From: Patescibacteria group bacterium
Lineage (GTDB): Bacteria; Patescibacteriota; Microgenomatia; UBA1400; PJMF01
Direction of reading: 5' to 3'
DNA length: 64,000 nucleotides
Assembly: GCA_016861205.1 (NCBI GenBank)
Contig: BOKX01000001.1
Location: 831,835 to 895,834, forward strand
Under the pieces are notes generated by a model. That model did no database searches. It had not been told where the DNA came from and saw only the letters and a list, made by a program, of their open reading frames with translations. Of the stretch, positions 20,374-29,402 are shown one piece after another. Made by a program: the position numbers and the translations under genes. Within the stretch, counting starts at the first letter, position 1. Each line of letters starts with the position of its first letter.

Positions 20374-22113
20374 CTACTGCTTGTGTTCAATGTTGAAGAA
20401 CGAGAAACCACTTTGCGGAATGCGCAGGTAGCCCGGCGCCCGAAGATTGAAACTTTCTTTGAACTCACTGCCGGGAATGTTGATCTCACCGCGGTTGGTT
20501 TGGAGTTTGACATTGGTGGTCACTCCACTGCTGCTATGACTGACCGAAACCGATGAGATGCTGGTCACCGCTCCGCCAGAACCGTTAGCTTTGTCGCGCA
20601 GTTCTGACATCGAGTAAGGATTGCCACCTCCGCCGCCGATGTTACAGTCGTTGATGGTGACTGGCTGAATCCGATTCACGTCCGCGCCACCAGGATTTTT
20701 GCGCACAATCCAAGCATTGATGATGTCGGCAAACTCTTCTTGTGACAACCAGGGGTGATTGCGACCACAGTTGGCTCCGCTGGAGCTGTAACCTGAGCGG
20801 TACCATGATTTATAAAACCAGGGTGAGCCCGCCATACTTTCCCAGGCTTTGCTGCTCCAGTTGCCATCGCCGTTGCGATCAGTGGTGTCCCAACCGGAGG
20901 TTGTTAAATAACCACCAGCGGTGGATGAGTACTGCGCCGAAACATCACCGTCGATAATTTCTTTCTCCGTGTCGTCGACGGCCTTTTTCCAAGCTTCTGG
21001 TGGATTGTCCGATTTACCTTTGTTGAAAACCTGGCAAGCTTCCGTGGTACAGATCGGTTTGCTAGCGCGGTTGGCGTAACTGCGAGCTGCGATTGCTTGA
21101 GCTTTCAAAGCCTCTGGGTGCCAGCTCGACGGCATCTCGGCAATTCCATACAAGTACTTCTGCATACTCATCTCACCATGGCCTTGTACATTGATGCTGC
21201 CCGACATCCCATCATCTTTGCGCACCCCTTTGCCGTAGTACCACTGAATAATATCTTTGTAGTTTTTGCCGTTCTCAGCCTGCTTTTTGGCACCATACTG
21301 ACTCATACCTTTGCGATGCGTGTAAGCTCCAAAACTGAACACTGCAAACGAGTTGCCCGGTGCCTGGCTTTTGAAACCGATCGAGGCATTAAAGTCGTCG
21401 GCCAACGGGACATCGCCGACAGAAGTAGTCGTGGTCCCCGACCGAGCATTGATAATGGCTTGCTGTTGAGCGCTTAAAGCTGCGATCTTGCCTGACAGTT
21501 CTTGTTGATAACTCCGGGCTTTGGTTATTTCAGTTTTGAAAAAAGCCGCTTGGGTATCGAGTTGTTTCTCGAGGGCGGCTAGCCGTACTTGGTCGGACTC
21601 GAGTTTTGCTTTGTCGGTCTCCAGCTTACCAATCTCGCTGCCAATACCTTGGATGAGGCGATTGTCGTGAGCTTTAATTGAGTCGCGATAAGCCAAGTCT
21701 TGGGTGAGCTGGGCGGCGTTATCAGTACTTAAAAGTGTCATGATTGGCGAAAAGGTGCGGGACCGTTTGTACTGGTCGGCAATCCGCTTGGACAGTAGTT
21801 CATAGCGAGCAGCCAAGTCGAGTTCGCGTTCATCGATATCTTTGGCGAGAGCGGTGGCTTGTTGTTTGGCCGAGGCAATTCCTTTACGAGCACTATCGAT
21901 ACGACTTTCCAGCGTTTCCAGTTCTTTTTCGAGTGGTTTGGTCGCATCCACAGAGAGTTGCTTCAGTTTTTCGAGTTCGTTGATTTGGTTCTGGAGGTCA
22001 TCGACCGGGTCGGTAGCGAAAACTTGACTGACTTGGTAGCTGCCCAACAGCACCGCCACCGCACTCAAGGTGAGGGCCACGACCACAAAGACTCTTTTGC
22101 TCAGCCGAACCAT
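20374..22113 (-). CDS. SpoIID/LytB-domain protein with long N-terminal coiled coil (PcsB-like architecture)
   Basis: N-terminal signal anchor and about 230 aa of heptad-like coiled coil. A C-terminal region containing KAQAIAARSYA...CTTEACQVF is typical of SpoIID/LytB amidase-enhancer domains. Confidence 0.6.
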   Translation of the reverse strand: MVRLSKRVFVVVALTLSAVAVLLGSYQVSQVFATDPVDDLQNQINELEKLKQLSVDATKPLEKELETLESRIDSARKGIASAKQQATALAKDIDERELDLAARYELLSKRIADQYKRSRTFSPIMTLLSTDNAAQLTQDLAYRDSIKAHDNRLIQGIGSEIGKLETDKAKLESDQVRLAALEKQLDTQAAFFKTEITKARSYQQELSGKIAALSAQQQAIINARSGTTTTSVGDVPLADDFNASIGFKSQAPGNSFAVFSFGAYTHRKGMSQYGAKKQAENGKNYKDIIQWYYGKGVRKDDGMSGSINVQGHGEMSMQKYLYGIAEMPSSWHPEALKAQAIAARSYANRASKPICTTEACQVFNKGKSDNPPEAWKKAVDDTEKEIIDGDVSAQYSSTAGGYLTTSGWDTTDRNGDGNWSSKAWESMAGSPWFYKSWYRSGYSSSGANCGRNHPWLSQEEFADIINAWIVRKNPGGADVNRIQPVTINDCNIGGGGGNPYSMSELRDKANGSGGAVTSISSVSVSHSSSGVTTNVKLQTNRGEINIPGSEFKESFNLRAPGYLRIPQSGFSFFNIEHKQ

Positions 22114-22281
22114 ATCCTAAGGGTATCACACCCAACCTGGGAATCGAAGTTTACAAAGTGGCACAAACCAGAACGTCAAACTGTTTTTGTCTTGCATTTG
22201 AGGGTGCCTTTTTAGCACCCGAAAACGCAAGGCTAAAAACGTTCTATTCGAACTTTGCCATCTGTGCGGTACAATACAGGG

Positions 22282-23547
22282 GTGAAACGAAAACTAGTAT
22301 TCGCGGTTTTATCTTTCTTGGTTGCAACCTGCATTTCAGTGAGACTTCCCTCAACTGCACAAGCACGAGGAAATGTGTCTTGTTCTAACATCAGTCAGGT
22401 CACAACCAGTTTTGGCAACGGAGTGGGTTTTGGCGGCAATCCTGAAATCCCCATTGGGGTGCAGTACCCTCCTTTTGATGTCATCTTAGAAGGTCAGTTT
22501 GCGAATGGAGATGAGTATCGCTTGGAACAAGTCCAAGATGCCATAGGACCCGATAATACGTTCCATACAACAGACGACGTTCGATCTGAACCCGGATCAA
22601 ATGGCAACACGAGAATCTCTTTTACCAACCGAAGCGAGCCAGATTGGTACACCGCAGGAGGAGATACTGACGTTGGGTGGACACAAGGACGCTGTTTGCA
22701 GTTCTACATTAAATTGCGGAATACCACGACAAATCAGGATGTTTGCCGTGTTGGCTCCTATCAACTCTGCGAGCCTGAATCTGATGACCTAATTTGTGAC
22801 AATTTTTATGTCTATCAGAATAACTCTCAATCCCAACCCACGAACGGTTGTTTTTCAACCGGGCGCACCTACTGGACACTTTCAAACTTGAGATACACCG
22901 ACGGAACACTGTATAACGGCGGCGATGGCGACGTTGAAATTCAATTCACTGGAGGCGGTGTCGCTGGTAATGACCAAGAACCAACTGTTAGAGATGGTGC
23001 TGCATCAGGCAGCTTTCAACTTGATGGTGACGATATCGGAACCAATCAATATGTTCGACTGACAGTTAATGGTCGTGAGATCTGCACCGCTAACCCAGAG
23101 CCATTTGTTCCGGCTGAAGCTTGTTCAGATGAGCAACGAGGTGAACCAATTGCTAATGCCCCACCAGTTAACGGATCTGGTTCAAATGTAGGCAGCTTTG
23201 TTCTTTGCGAGCAGATCCCAAATACAACAGCCCGCGAAGATTGCCGGCACTGTGATGAGGACCTGCATGGCGTCTGGACTGCAGTTGGTTGCATCTCTCG
23301 GCAACCTACCAGCATGATTCAAACCCTGATGGGGATTGGTCTGTCACTGGCAGGCGGGGTTTGCTTGCTCATGATGTTGGCTGCTGGCTTCACCTTTTCC
23401 ACCAGCCAAGGCGATCCCAAGAAAACAGGTCAAGCCAAAGAAATGATGACTTCTGCCATTGTCGGTTTAGTGTTTATACTTTTGTCAGTCACTCTGTTAC
23501 AGTTTATTGGAGTATCACTGCTCGGCATACCTGGGTTTGGTAGTTAA
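22282..23547 (+). CDS. Pilin-like (VirB2/TrbC-like two-helix module) protein fused to an approximately 350-aa N-terminal ectodomain
   Basis: GTG start gives a KRK signal peptide. The C-terminal 90 aa (MIQTLMGIGLSLAGGVCLLMMLAAGF..SQGDPKKTGQAKEMMTSAIVGLVFILLSV) shares the helix-charged-loop-helix motif of the tandem paralog array at 28.2-32.1 kb. Confidence 0.5.
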   Translation: MKRKLVFAVLSFLVATCISVRLPSTAQARGNVSCSNISQVTTSFGNGVGFGGNPEIPIGVQYPPFDVILEGQFANGDEYRLEQVQDAIGPDNTFHTTDDVRSEPGSNGNTRISFTNRSEPDWYTAGGDTDVGWTQGRCLQFYIKLRNTTTNQDVCRVGSYQLCEPESDDLICDNFYVYQNNSQSQPTNGCFSTGRTYWTLSNLRYTDGTLYNGGDGDVEIQFTGGGVAGNDQEPTVRDGAASGSFQLDGDDIGTNQYVRLTVNGREICTANPEPFVPAEACSDEQRGEPIANAPPVNGSGSNVGSFVLCEQIPNTTAREDCRHCDEDLHGVWTAVGCISRQPTSMIQTLMGIGLSLAGGVCLLMMLAAGFTFSTSQGDPKKTGQAKEMMTSAIVGLVFILLSVTLLQFIGVSLLGIPGFGS

Positions 23548-23553
23548 CCACAT

Positions 23554-24258
23554 ATGAAAAAAATCGCCACAGTACTAGTAACCCTACTCTTACTGGCAGT
23601 GACCGCCCAACCAGTATCTGCACAGTGGAGTTGTGTTCCAGCCGAAGACAGCAACCCGCAGTGTCCTTTAACTGGTTTTTCATACTATTGTGGTAACCCA
23701 AGCCCTGTTGATCCAAGTACTGGTCAACCATACCCCGAAGGCAACCCATATCATGAGGGACCACTGTGTTGTAACAACCAAGCTTCTTGTGAGAGTACTT
23801 TCCCCATAGTTCATTGCTGTATTAACGGAACTACACAACCCAACATGAACACTCAGGATTGTTTGGCACAAGGTGGCTCACCTCTTGCGTGTGAGGATAA
23901 TAACAACCCGAATCAACCTGGCAACTACAACTTACTCAACGGCCCCTCATCAGATGACTTCAACGCCCTCAATCCACTCCGACGCCCCGATGCTGACTCA
24001 GCGATTGCTGACCAATTCGCCACCCCCGCTGGCTTGATTTCTCGGGTGTTGCTGTTTGCCTTCCCAATTGCCGGCATTTTAATGTTGCTGATGCTTGTCT
24101 GGGGTGGTTTTGAAATCTTGTCAGGCGCCACCAACAAAAAATCACTCGACTCTGGCAAGAACCGCATCAAGGCGGGCATCGCTGGTTTTATGCTCTTGTT
24201 CACTTCCTACTGGATCGTCCAAGTCATCGAAGTGGTGTTGGGAATTCAAATTTTCTAA
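23554..24258 (+). CDS. Pilin-like (VirB2/TrbC-like) protein with Cys-rich N-terminal extracellular domain
   Basis: Signal peptide, a Cys-rich approximately 120-aa region, then the paralog motif ...LMLVWGGFEILSGATNKKSLDSGKNRIKAGIAGFMLLFTSYWIV. Confidence 0.5.
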   Translation: MKKIATVLVTLLLLAVTAQPVSAQWSCVPAEDSNPQCPLTGFSYYCGNPSPVDPSTGQPYPEGNPYHEGPLCCNNQASCESTFPIVHCCINGTTQPNMNTQDCLAQGGSPLACEDNNNPNQPGNYNLLNGPSSDDFNALNPLRRPDADSAIADQFATPAGLISRVLLFAFPIAGILMLLMLVWGGFEILSGATNKKSLDSGKNRIKAGIAGFMLLFTSYWIVQVIEVVLGIQIF

Positions 24259-24300
24259 AAATGGCGGCCACTAACGGCTAAACCGTGACTGGTCAACGTC

Positions 24301-25002
24301 TTACTTGCCAAATCGGCGCTGTCGCTTAGCAAACTCGGCCAAGGCAATATCCAGTTCATCCGGACCAAAATCCGGCATTAACACGTCAGTAAAGTACAAC
24401 TCCGCGTACACGCCCTGCCATGGCAAAAAACCAGACAACCGCTGCTCGCCACCGGGTCGAATAATCAAGTCAGGATCAGGCATACCCACCGTGTCTAGGT
24501 GAGCCTCAATTGACTCAGCCGTGACCGGACTACCCTTAGCCCCTGCCTTATTTATGGCGCGCACCAACTCATCTCGCCCGCCATAGTTCAGCGCAAAAGT
24601 GACGGTCATGTTTTGATTTTTGGCTGATGTGTCTAACCAATGCTGAACATTATCCTGAATATCCTTGGGGAAACCAGATAGATCACCAATCATACTCAAC
24701 CGAACACCTTTGGCATGGAGCGGCTCCGCACTTTTGGTGAAACTGTGTCGGAACAGCTGCATTAAACCCTCAACCTCAGCTGGATCGCGATGCCAGTTCT
24801 CAGTACTAAACGCCCACAGGGTCAGATACTTCACACCGCGCTCAAGGCAGCGGTCCACCAAGGTTTCAATCACTTTTTCAGCTACATAGGCATGACCCTT
24901 GATAATCTCTAGTTGGTGTTGTCTGGCCCAACGACGGTTGCCGTCCATGATGATGGCCACATGTTGCGGAGTTGATGATTGGTTAGGCTTAGTTTTTGAC
25001 AT
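24301..25002 (-). CDS. uppS: Undecaprenyl/isoprenyl diphosphate synthase
   Basis: HVAIIMDGNRRWA plus the C-terminal RFG are canonical cis-prenyltransferase motifs. Confidence 0.9.
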   Translation of the reverse strand: MSKTKPNQSSTPQHVAIIMDGNRRWARQHQLEIIKGHAYVAEKVIETLVDRCLERGVKYLTLWAFSTENWHRDPAEVEGLMQLFRHSFTKSAEPLHAKGVRLSMIGDLSGFPKDIQDNVQHWLDTSAKNQNMTVTFALNYGGRDELVRAINKAGAKGSPVTAESIEAHLDTVGMPDPDLIIRPGGEQRLSGFLPWQGVYAELYFTDVLMPDFGPDELDIALAEFAKRQRRFGK

Positions 25003-25014
25003 ATGTCCTTCAGT

Positions 25015-25833
25015 CTAGCTGGGTACCACCCGAGTCCCTGCAAACGGTTGCCCCAGCAAACATCGATACAAATTATCAGGCTCTAGCCCCGTGATGATGT
25101 CACTCTCAATACCTTGATCAGCAGCTAACAACGACTCTTCAATCTTGTGCCACATACCACCACTAACATCGACACCTTTGGTAGTGGTAATCAGCGCCTG
25201 AGCCTCTGCCTCTGTGGCCCGTGAGATTACAGGCACAGTTTGGCCGGCGGCGTCAAGCACACCGGCGGTCTCAGTGACGTGAATAATTTTGGTAACTGGC
25301 TGTTGATGCGCGCGCAAATCATCAGCCAAAAAACCCAGCACCATTTCTGTGGACCACAGAGAACAACCCTGCGCAGTATCGGCCATCACATCACCACAAG
25401 TCACGGGCAAAATGCCTCGTTCCAGGTATGCATGAAAAACTGCTCCATCCCAATGAGCTGGCTGCGTTTGGTGTGTCACCAACGTATTGGCCAATCGAAA
25501 ACTGGCCGCCGGTAAACCATGGGCCAGCATTGCCTCAAGCACTACTTGATGGAGTTGCGAAACAGCGGCGAGGGTTTTAACCATGCCGATGGGACCCTTT
25601 TCGGCAGTGAAGCCAGCTGGTACTTGATACTCGGCTGCCGGCCGATGGGCAAAACCACCGTGACCATGACCAACAACGAACTGAGTCTCTGGCATCTGAG
25701 CCTGTGCCCGACTCAGCTCAGCCACCAAGCGATCCAGCACCTGACTGCGTAAAGTATCAGCCTGATCTTTTTGGGTAATGACTGAGCCGCCCAGTTTGAT
25801 GAGTACAAAGCTATTTGGTGAATGGTTAGACAT
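25015..25833 (-). CDS. Amino-acid-kinase-family protein, probable isopentenyl phosphate kinase
   Basis: VLIKLGGSVIT N-terminal motif (IPK/fosfomycin-kinase family). Sits between idi and uppS. Start set at the internal Met MSNHSP. Confidence 0.55.
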   Translation of the reverse strand: MSNHSPNSFVLIKLGGSVITQKDQADTLRSQVLDRLVAELSRAQAQMPETQFVVGHGHGGFAHRPAAEYQVPAGFTAEKGPIGMVKTLAAVSQLHQVVLEAMLAHGLPAASFRLANTLVTHQTQPAHWDGAVFHAYLERGILPVTCGDVMADTAQGCSLWSTEMVLGFLADDLRAHQQPVTKIIHVTETAGVLDAAGQTVPVISRATEAEAQALITTTKGVDVSGGMWHKIEESLLAADQGIESDIITGLEPDNLYRCLLGQPFAGTRVVPS

Positions 25834-26443
25834 GAACTGCTCCAGAGTGCTGCAAAAGTTGGAACACTGCCACCGCAAAGGGTCGCAGTGTAACATCAGG
25901 ACTATTGATCACTTCCTGTGGGGTCAAAATTCTTGGCTGATAGTTCGGTCGCGTCCGCCCCACGTACTCTTCCAATGCCTGCATTTGTTGGCCACTTAAC
26001 TGCGTACTATACCCCGATCCAGCAATAATTACTAACTCTTTGTCTCCCCGCTGTTGCAGGGTTCGAGTATTGAAGTCACTGGGTAATGATTTGAGCGAAT
26101 CAAGATCCACCGCCACTCCCGCCTCTTCCCATATTTCCTGCTGCATTTTGGCTGCCCCCCGTTGGTGCCGGTCCGCCCCACTGATGACAGTTAACATATG
26201 CGGAGCCAAGGGCACTAACTCTGAGTGCAAACTGAGGGTCAGGTCGGCTTCATATTTACCTGCACCATAACGACGACCGGTATCTTCACTGTCTACTGGC
26301 AACAGCACCATTTTCTGATCTGATAGCGAGGCTGCCTCACCAATCAAAAATAAACAGTAAACACCCGGGATGGTAACGGGATTGGTAGCCAAAGCAGTTT
26401 CAATAGTCAGATTGGGCATATCGTTAAACCTGGATAAATGCAT
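25826..26443 (-). CDS. Hypothetical protein (embedded in isoprenoid cluster)
   Basis: ORF only, 205 aa, no motif recognised. Lies between idi and IPK. Confidence 0.35.
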   Translation of the reverse strand: MHLSRFNDMPNLTIETALATNPVTIPGVYCLFLIGEAASLSDQKMVLLPVDSEDTGRRYGAGKYEADLTLSLHSELVPLAPHMLTVISGADRHQRGAAKMQQEIWEEAGVAVDLDSLKSLPSDFNTRTLQQRGDKELVIIAGSGYSTQLSGQQMQALEEYVGRTRPNYQPRILTPQEVINSPDVTLRPFAVAVFQLLQHSGAVHV

Positions 26444-26984
26444 CTAAGGCCTCGGTCACTGAGGTCGTCCGAAGCATCAACTCAAACCAAGGCGCCATCG
26501 GGGTCACCGCTGTCAGAGCAGCCCCTCGGAACTGAGACCACGGCACCCACTTGCTACTCGAAACTTCCTCGGGGTTTGGGATCACTGGACCGTCATACCA
26601 ACCGGCAAAAACGTGGTCGATTTCATTTTCACCAAACTCATCGTTGCACTTCACTTCATAGCGAAAGGTGACTATGTCCTGAATTGTCGCAGTAGTGATC
26701 CCCAACTCAAATGTCAGTCGTCGCTTCGCGCACTCCAAGTACGACTCGCCTGGCCAAACATTGCCACAACACGTGTTGGCCCATTGACCAGCACCCACAA
26801 TCTTTTGGCCACTGCGCTGTTGCACCAAAACTTCAACTTCACCGCCCGGAGCTTTGCGAAACAGATACACAGAAATAGCTCGATGGAGTCGTGTTGGATA
26901 ACGATGTGCTTCGTACTTATCCAGCTCGCCCACTACGCGGTCTTGTTCATCAACGAGGGTCACCAAATCAGTTGTTTTTGACAT
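26424..26984 (-). CDS. idi: Isopentenyl-diphosphate delta-isomerase type 1 (Nudix)
   Basis: Nudix-box-like GESYLECAKRRLTFELGI. IDI-like N-terminus VDEQDRVVGELDKYEAH. Confidence 0.55.
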   Translation of the reverse strand: MSKTTDLVTLVDEQDRVVGELDKYEAHRYPTRLHRAISVYLFRKAPGGEVEVLVQQRSGQKIVGAGQWANTCCGNVWPGESYLECAKRRLTFELGITTATIQDIVTFRYEVKCNDEFGENEIDHVFAGWYDGPVIPNPEEVSSSKWVPWSQFRGAALTAVTPMAPWFELMLRTTSVTEALDAFIQV

Positions 26985-27053
26985 ACCAATGCACCTACAG
27001 AGTCGGATGACTATCTCAAAATCATGCAAATTATTCGGAATACTTGAGAGAAA

Positions 27054-27467
27054 TTACTTAAACGCCCGGGAAAATCGGAACAACAGGTACAGCAGCAATA
27101 TTTGCCAATATATGCAGAAAAATGTGATCCAGTTCGAACTGAAGTTCAGCCAGTTGCAGCCCACAAAGTGGGTGCTCTGACATGAAAAAACGAGTCGAAC
27201 AACCGGCACTACTCCCCATCGCCAGCTAATGGTCACGAGCGACAAAACCAAGGTCGGCAACAAACTCATCCACACAAAAACTTTGTCCAAAACCAAGGAC
27301 TGCATGGTTTGGTACGGATGTACTAACAAACCAAAAGTAATTTGGGCCAACGAGTACAGAACAGATGCCACAACTCGAGCCTTGTTCACCAGCTGCCTCC
27401 TTTGAAAAGCTTGCTGAGCTCCATAAAAACTGCTGTAAAACCTGACAGAATGAGGATAACTTGCCAA
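27054..27467 (-). CDS. Hypothetical membrane protein
   Basis: Hydrophobic ORF downstream of the sigma factor. Overlaps the next small ORF, so the true start is uncertain. Confidence 0.25.
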   Translation of the reverse strand: MASYPHSVRFYSSFYGAQQAFQRRQLVNKARVVASVLYSLAQITFGLLVHPYQTMQSLVLDKVFVWMSLLPTLVLSLVTISWRWGVVPVVRLVFSCQSTHFVGCNWLNFSSNWITFFCIYWQILLLYLLFRFSRAFK

Positions 27468-27589
27468 GGGTACTTACCAATTAATGTCGTCACCCGATCC
27501 AACTGCGGTGGCAACACTCGCTGTTGATACAGCTTGGCTTGACGAGCTGCTTCCTGCTCAAGCTTAGCTAAAAATACAGCTTGACCCAT
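27386..27589 (-). CDS. Small membrane protein, possible anti-sigma factor
   Basis: 67 aa with a C-terminal TM helix, immediately downstream of the ECF sigma factor. Assigned by position only. Confidence 0.3.
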   Translation of the reverse strand: MGQAVFLAKLEQEAARQAKLYQQRVLPPQLDRVTTLIGKYPWQVILILSGFTAVFMELSKLFKGGSW

Positions 27590-27601
27590 AGGTTCTTTTT
27601 T

Positions 27602-28162
27602 CTAGGTGCTTAGTTCAACAAAGTAGTAACGAAAATCTCGCCTAGCTCGAAACAGATCTGACTCAACTGCCTTGATTGTTCTCCCCAGCTCTTCTGCGAT
27701 ATCTTTCACTGACTTGTTGTCAACGTACTTCATAAGCAGAAGTTCTTGAGCATCCGCTGACAGACGAGCAAAAACTGTTTTTACCTTTTCAGCTACTTCG
27801 TGGGCATCAGAAATGTCACTCACACTCACCAACTCAGTCAGTGGCAGGGCTGCAATGGCTTTTTTGGCGTAGCGCTTGCGATAGTAGTCAGCCACTTCGT
27901 GCCGAGCGATGCCAAGCATCCAGCTCCACAAACTTGACTCCCCGCGAAAAAGGGGCAAGTGTTTCAAGCAATTCAGAAAAACTTCTTGGGCCACCTCTTC
28001 GGCATCGGCGGGGTTGGAAATTCGTTGACCCAGCCAGCCTATGAGCCGCTGGCTATACAGCTGATACCACTCTCGGACTGCCGACGATGAACCGTCACGC
28101 AGTTCAGCCAGAAGGTGCTGTTCACTCTCTGTCAGTCTCGGCTGGGTGTTGTACGATGGCAT
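27602..28162 (-). CDS. ECF-type RNA polymerase sigma-70 factor
   Basis: Region 2 VFLNCLKHLPLFRGESSLWSWMLGIARHEVADYYRKR and region 4 KSVKDIAEELGRTIKAVESDLFRAR. Transcribed divergently from the pilin-like array. Confidence 0.75.
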   Translation of the reverse strand: MPSYNTQPRLTESEQHLLAELRDGSSSAVREWYQLYSQRLIGWLGQRISNPADAEEVAQEVFLNCLKHLPLFRGESSLWSWMLGIARHEVADYYRKRYAKKAIAALPLTELVSVSDISDAHEVAEKVKTVFARLSADAQELLLMKYVDNKSVKDIAEELGRTIKAVESDLFRARRDFRYYFVELST

Positions 28163-28187
28163 AGCCTTAGGGGTATAATAGCACGCA

Positions 28188-28550
28188 ATGCTAACTCTTC
28201 TCGCCCAAGATACAACCACCACTACCGGCTGTGATCCGAGCGCCGGTGCCATCAATCTCGGGGACTGTTATGTCCTCAACCGAGAAACTGGGACCACTGT
28301 TAGTTCAGTTTACCAACAACCAGCTGATCTGGTGAATGTTCTTATTCGCAATATTTTTGTGGTGGGCGGCGTCATCTTGTTCGGCAGCTTGTTGTTTGCA
28401 GGTTTCAAGTTCATTCAATCTGGTTCTAAGGGTAAAGAAGAGGCTAAAACAATTGTTAAAACCGCTGCCATTGGCTTCATTGTCATGTTTGCCGCTTTCT
28501 GGATTGTGCGAATTATTCAAGTGATTATTGGCCAAAATCTGATCCAGTAG
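28188..28550 (+). CDS. VirB2/TrbC-like pilin family protein (paralog 1 of tandem array)
   Basis: Helix 1 NIFVVGGVILFGSLLFAGFKFIQSG, charged loop SKGKEEAKT, helix 2 AAIGFIVMFAAFWIV. Confidence 0.5.
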   Translation: MLTLLAQDTTTTTGCDPSAGAINLGDCYVLNRETGTTVSSVYQQPADLVNVLIRNIFVVGGVILFGSLLFAGFKFIQSGSKGKEEAKTIVKTAAIGFIVMFAAFWIVRIIQVIIGQNLIQ

Positions 28551-28600
28551 AACTTGAACCAGTAGCTTGTCAGATCAAGAAAAGTGATACAATACAGCGT

Positions 28601-28990
28601 ATGCGCCTCGCACAAGCCTTAACCCCCACCGACATCATTGGTAGTGTGACTCCTCCTCCTGGCGTAACCGCCTATGACGCTCAAGCTGGTGGCATTGGTC
28701 TTATTTTGTTTCTTTCAACTTTGATTCGCGTTTTTACTGTAGTCGCAGGTTTGTACGTCATGGCTCAGTTCTTACTGGCCGGTTGGCAGTACATCACCGC
28801 CAACGGTGATACCGGTGTTAATGCTAAAGTTCGAGAGCGCATTACCATGAGTCTGATCGGTATTGTCATCATCGTGGCTTCGTACACAGTGGCCGGTATG
28901 ATTGGCTATCTGTTCTTCGGCGATGCTTCGTTCATTCTCAATCCTAATATTCAAGGACCGACCGCTCCAGCGCCGGTAATAACACAATAG
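28601..28990 (+). CDS. VirB2/TrbC-like pilin family protein (paralog 2)
   Basis: ...LYVMAQFLLAGWQYITANGDTGVNAKVRERITMSLIGIVIIVASY. Confidence 0.5.
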   Translation: MRLAQALTPTDIIGSVTPPPGVTAYDAQAGGIGLILFLSTLIRVFTVVAGLYVMAQFLLAGWQYITANGDTGVNAKVRERITMSLIGIVIIVASYTVAGMIGYLFFGDASFILNPNIQGPTAPAPVITQ

Positions 28991-28993
28991 TTT

Positions 28994-29401
28994 ATGTCAA
29001 ACTTCATCGCCCAAGCCGCACCTGCTAACCCATTTGGTAATGAGGGCATCGCTCCGGTCAGTCCCCGCTTTGAAGTTGACCTGAGTAGTGCTGAAGCAGC
29101 AAATGCCAGTTCTCTGAGCAATCTAGAGTTATTTATCTCACAACTAATTGGGTTTTTAACTGTCGGTGCCAGTCTCTTTTTCATCATTTACTTCATCATG
29201 GGCGCCTTCAAGTGGACCACTGCCGGTGGCGATAGTGGCAAAGTGCAAAAAGCCCGTGACCAGATGATTCAAGGCGCGATGGGCCTGATTTTGATTGTGG
29301 CTGCCTACAGCGTGATGGGTATCATCGGAACTGTCCTGGGTGTTGAAATCCTACAACCGGCCAATACGTTACGCAGTATCGTGGGACCAATCCAGAACTA
29401 A
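28994..29401 (+). CDS. VirB2/TrbC-like pilin family protein (paralog 3)
   Basis: ...IIYFIMGAFKWTTAGGDSGKVQKARDQMIQGAMGLILIVAAY. Confidence 0.55.
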   Translation: MSNFIAQAAPANPFGNEGIAPVSPRFEVDLSSAEAANASSLSNLELFISQLIGFLTVGASLFFIIYFIMGAFKWTTAGGDSGKVQKARDQMIQGAMGLILIVAAYSVMGIIGTVLGVEILQPANTLRSIVGPIQN

Positions 29402-29402
29402 T

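Noticed and set aside
25826-26443. Assigning the 205-aa ORF as a specific mevalonate-pathway enzyme
   Set aside because: No diagnostic motif (no GHMP kinase Pro-X-GSGLGSSAA, no LOG or UbiX signature). Only the genomic context is suggestive.
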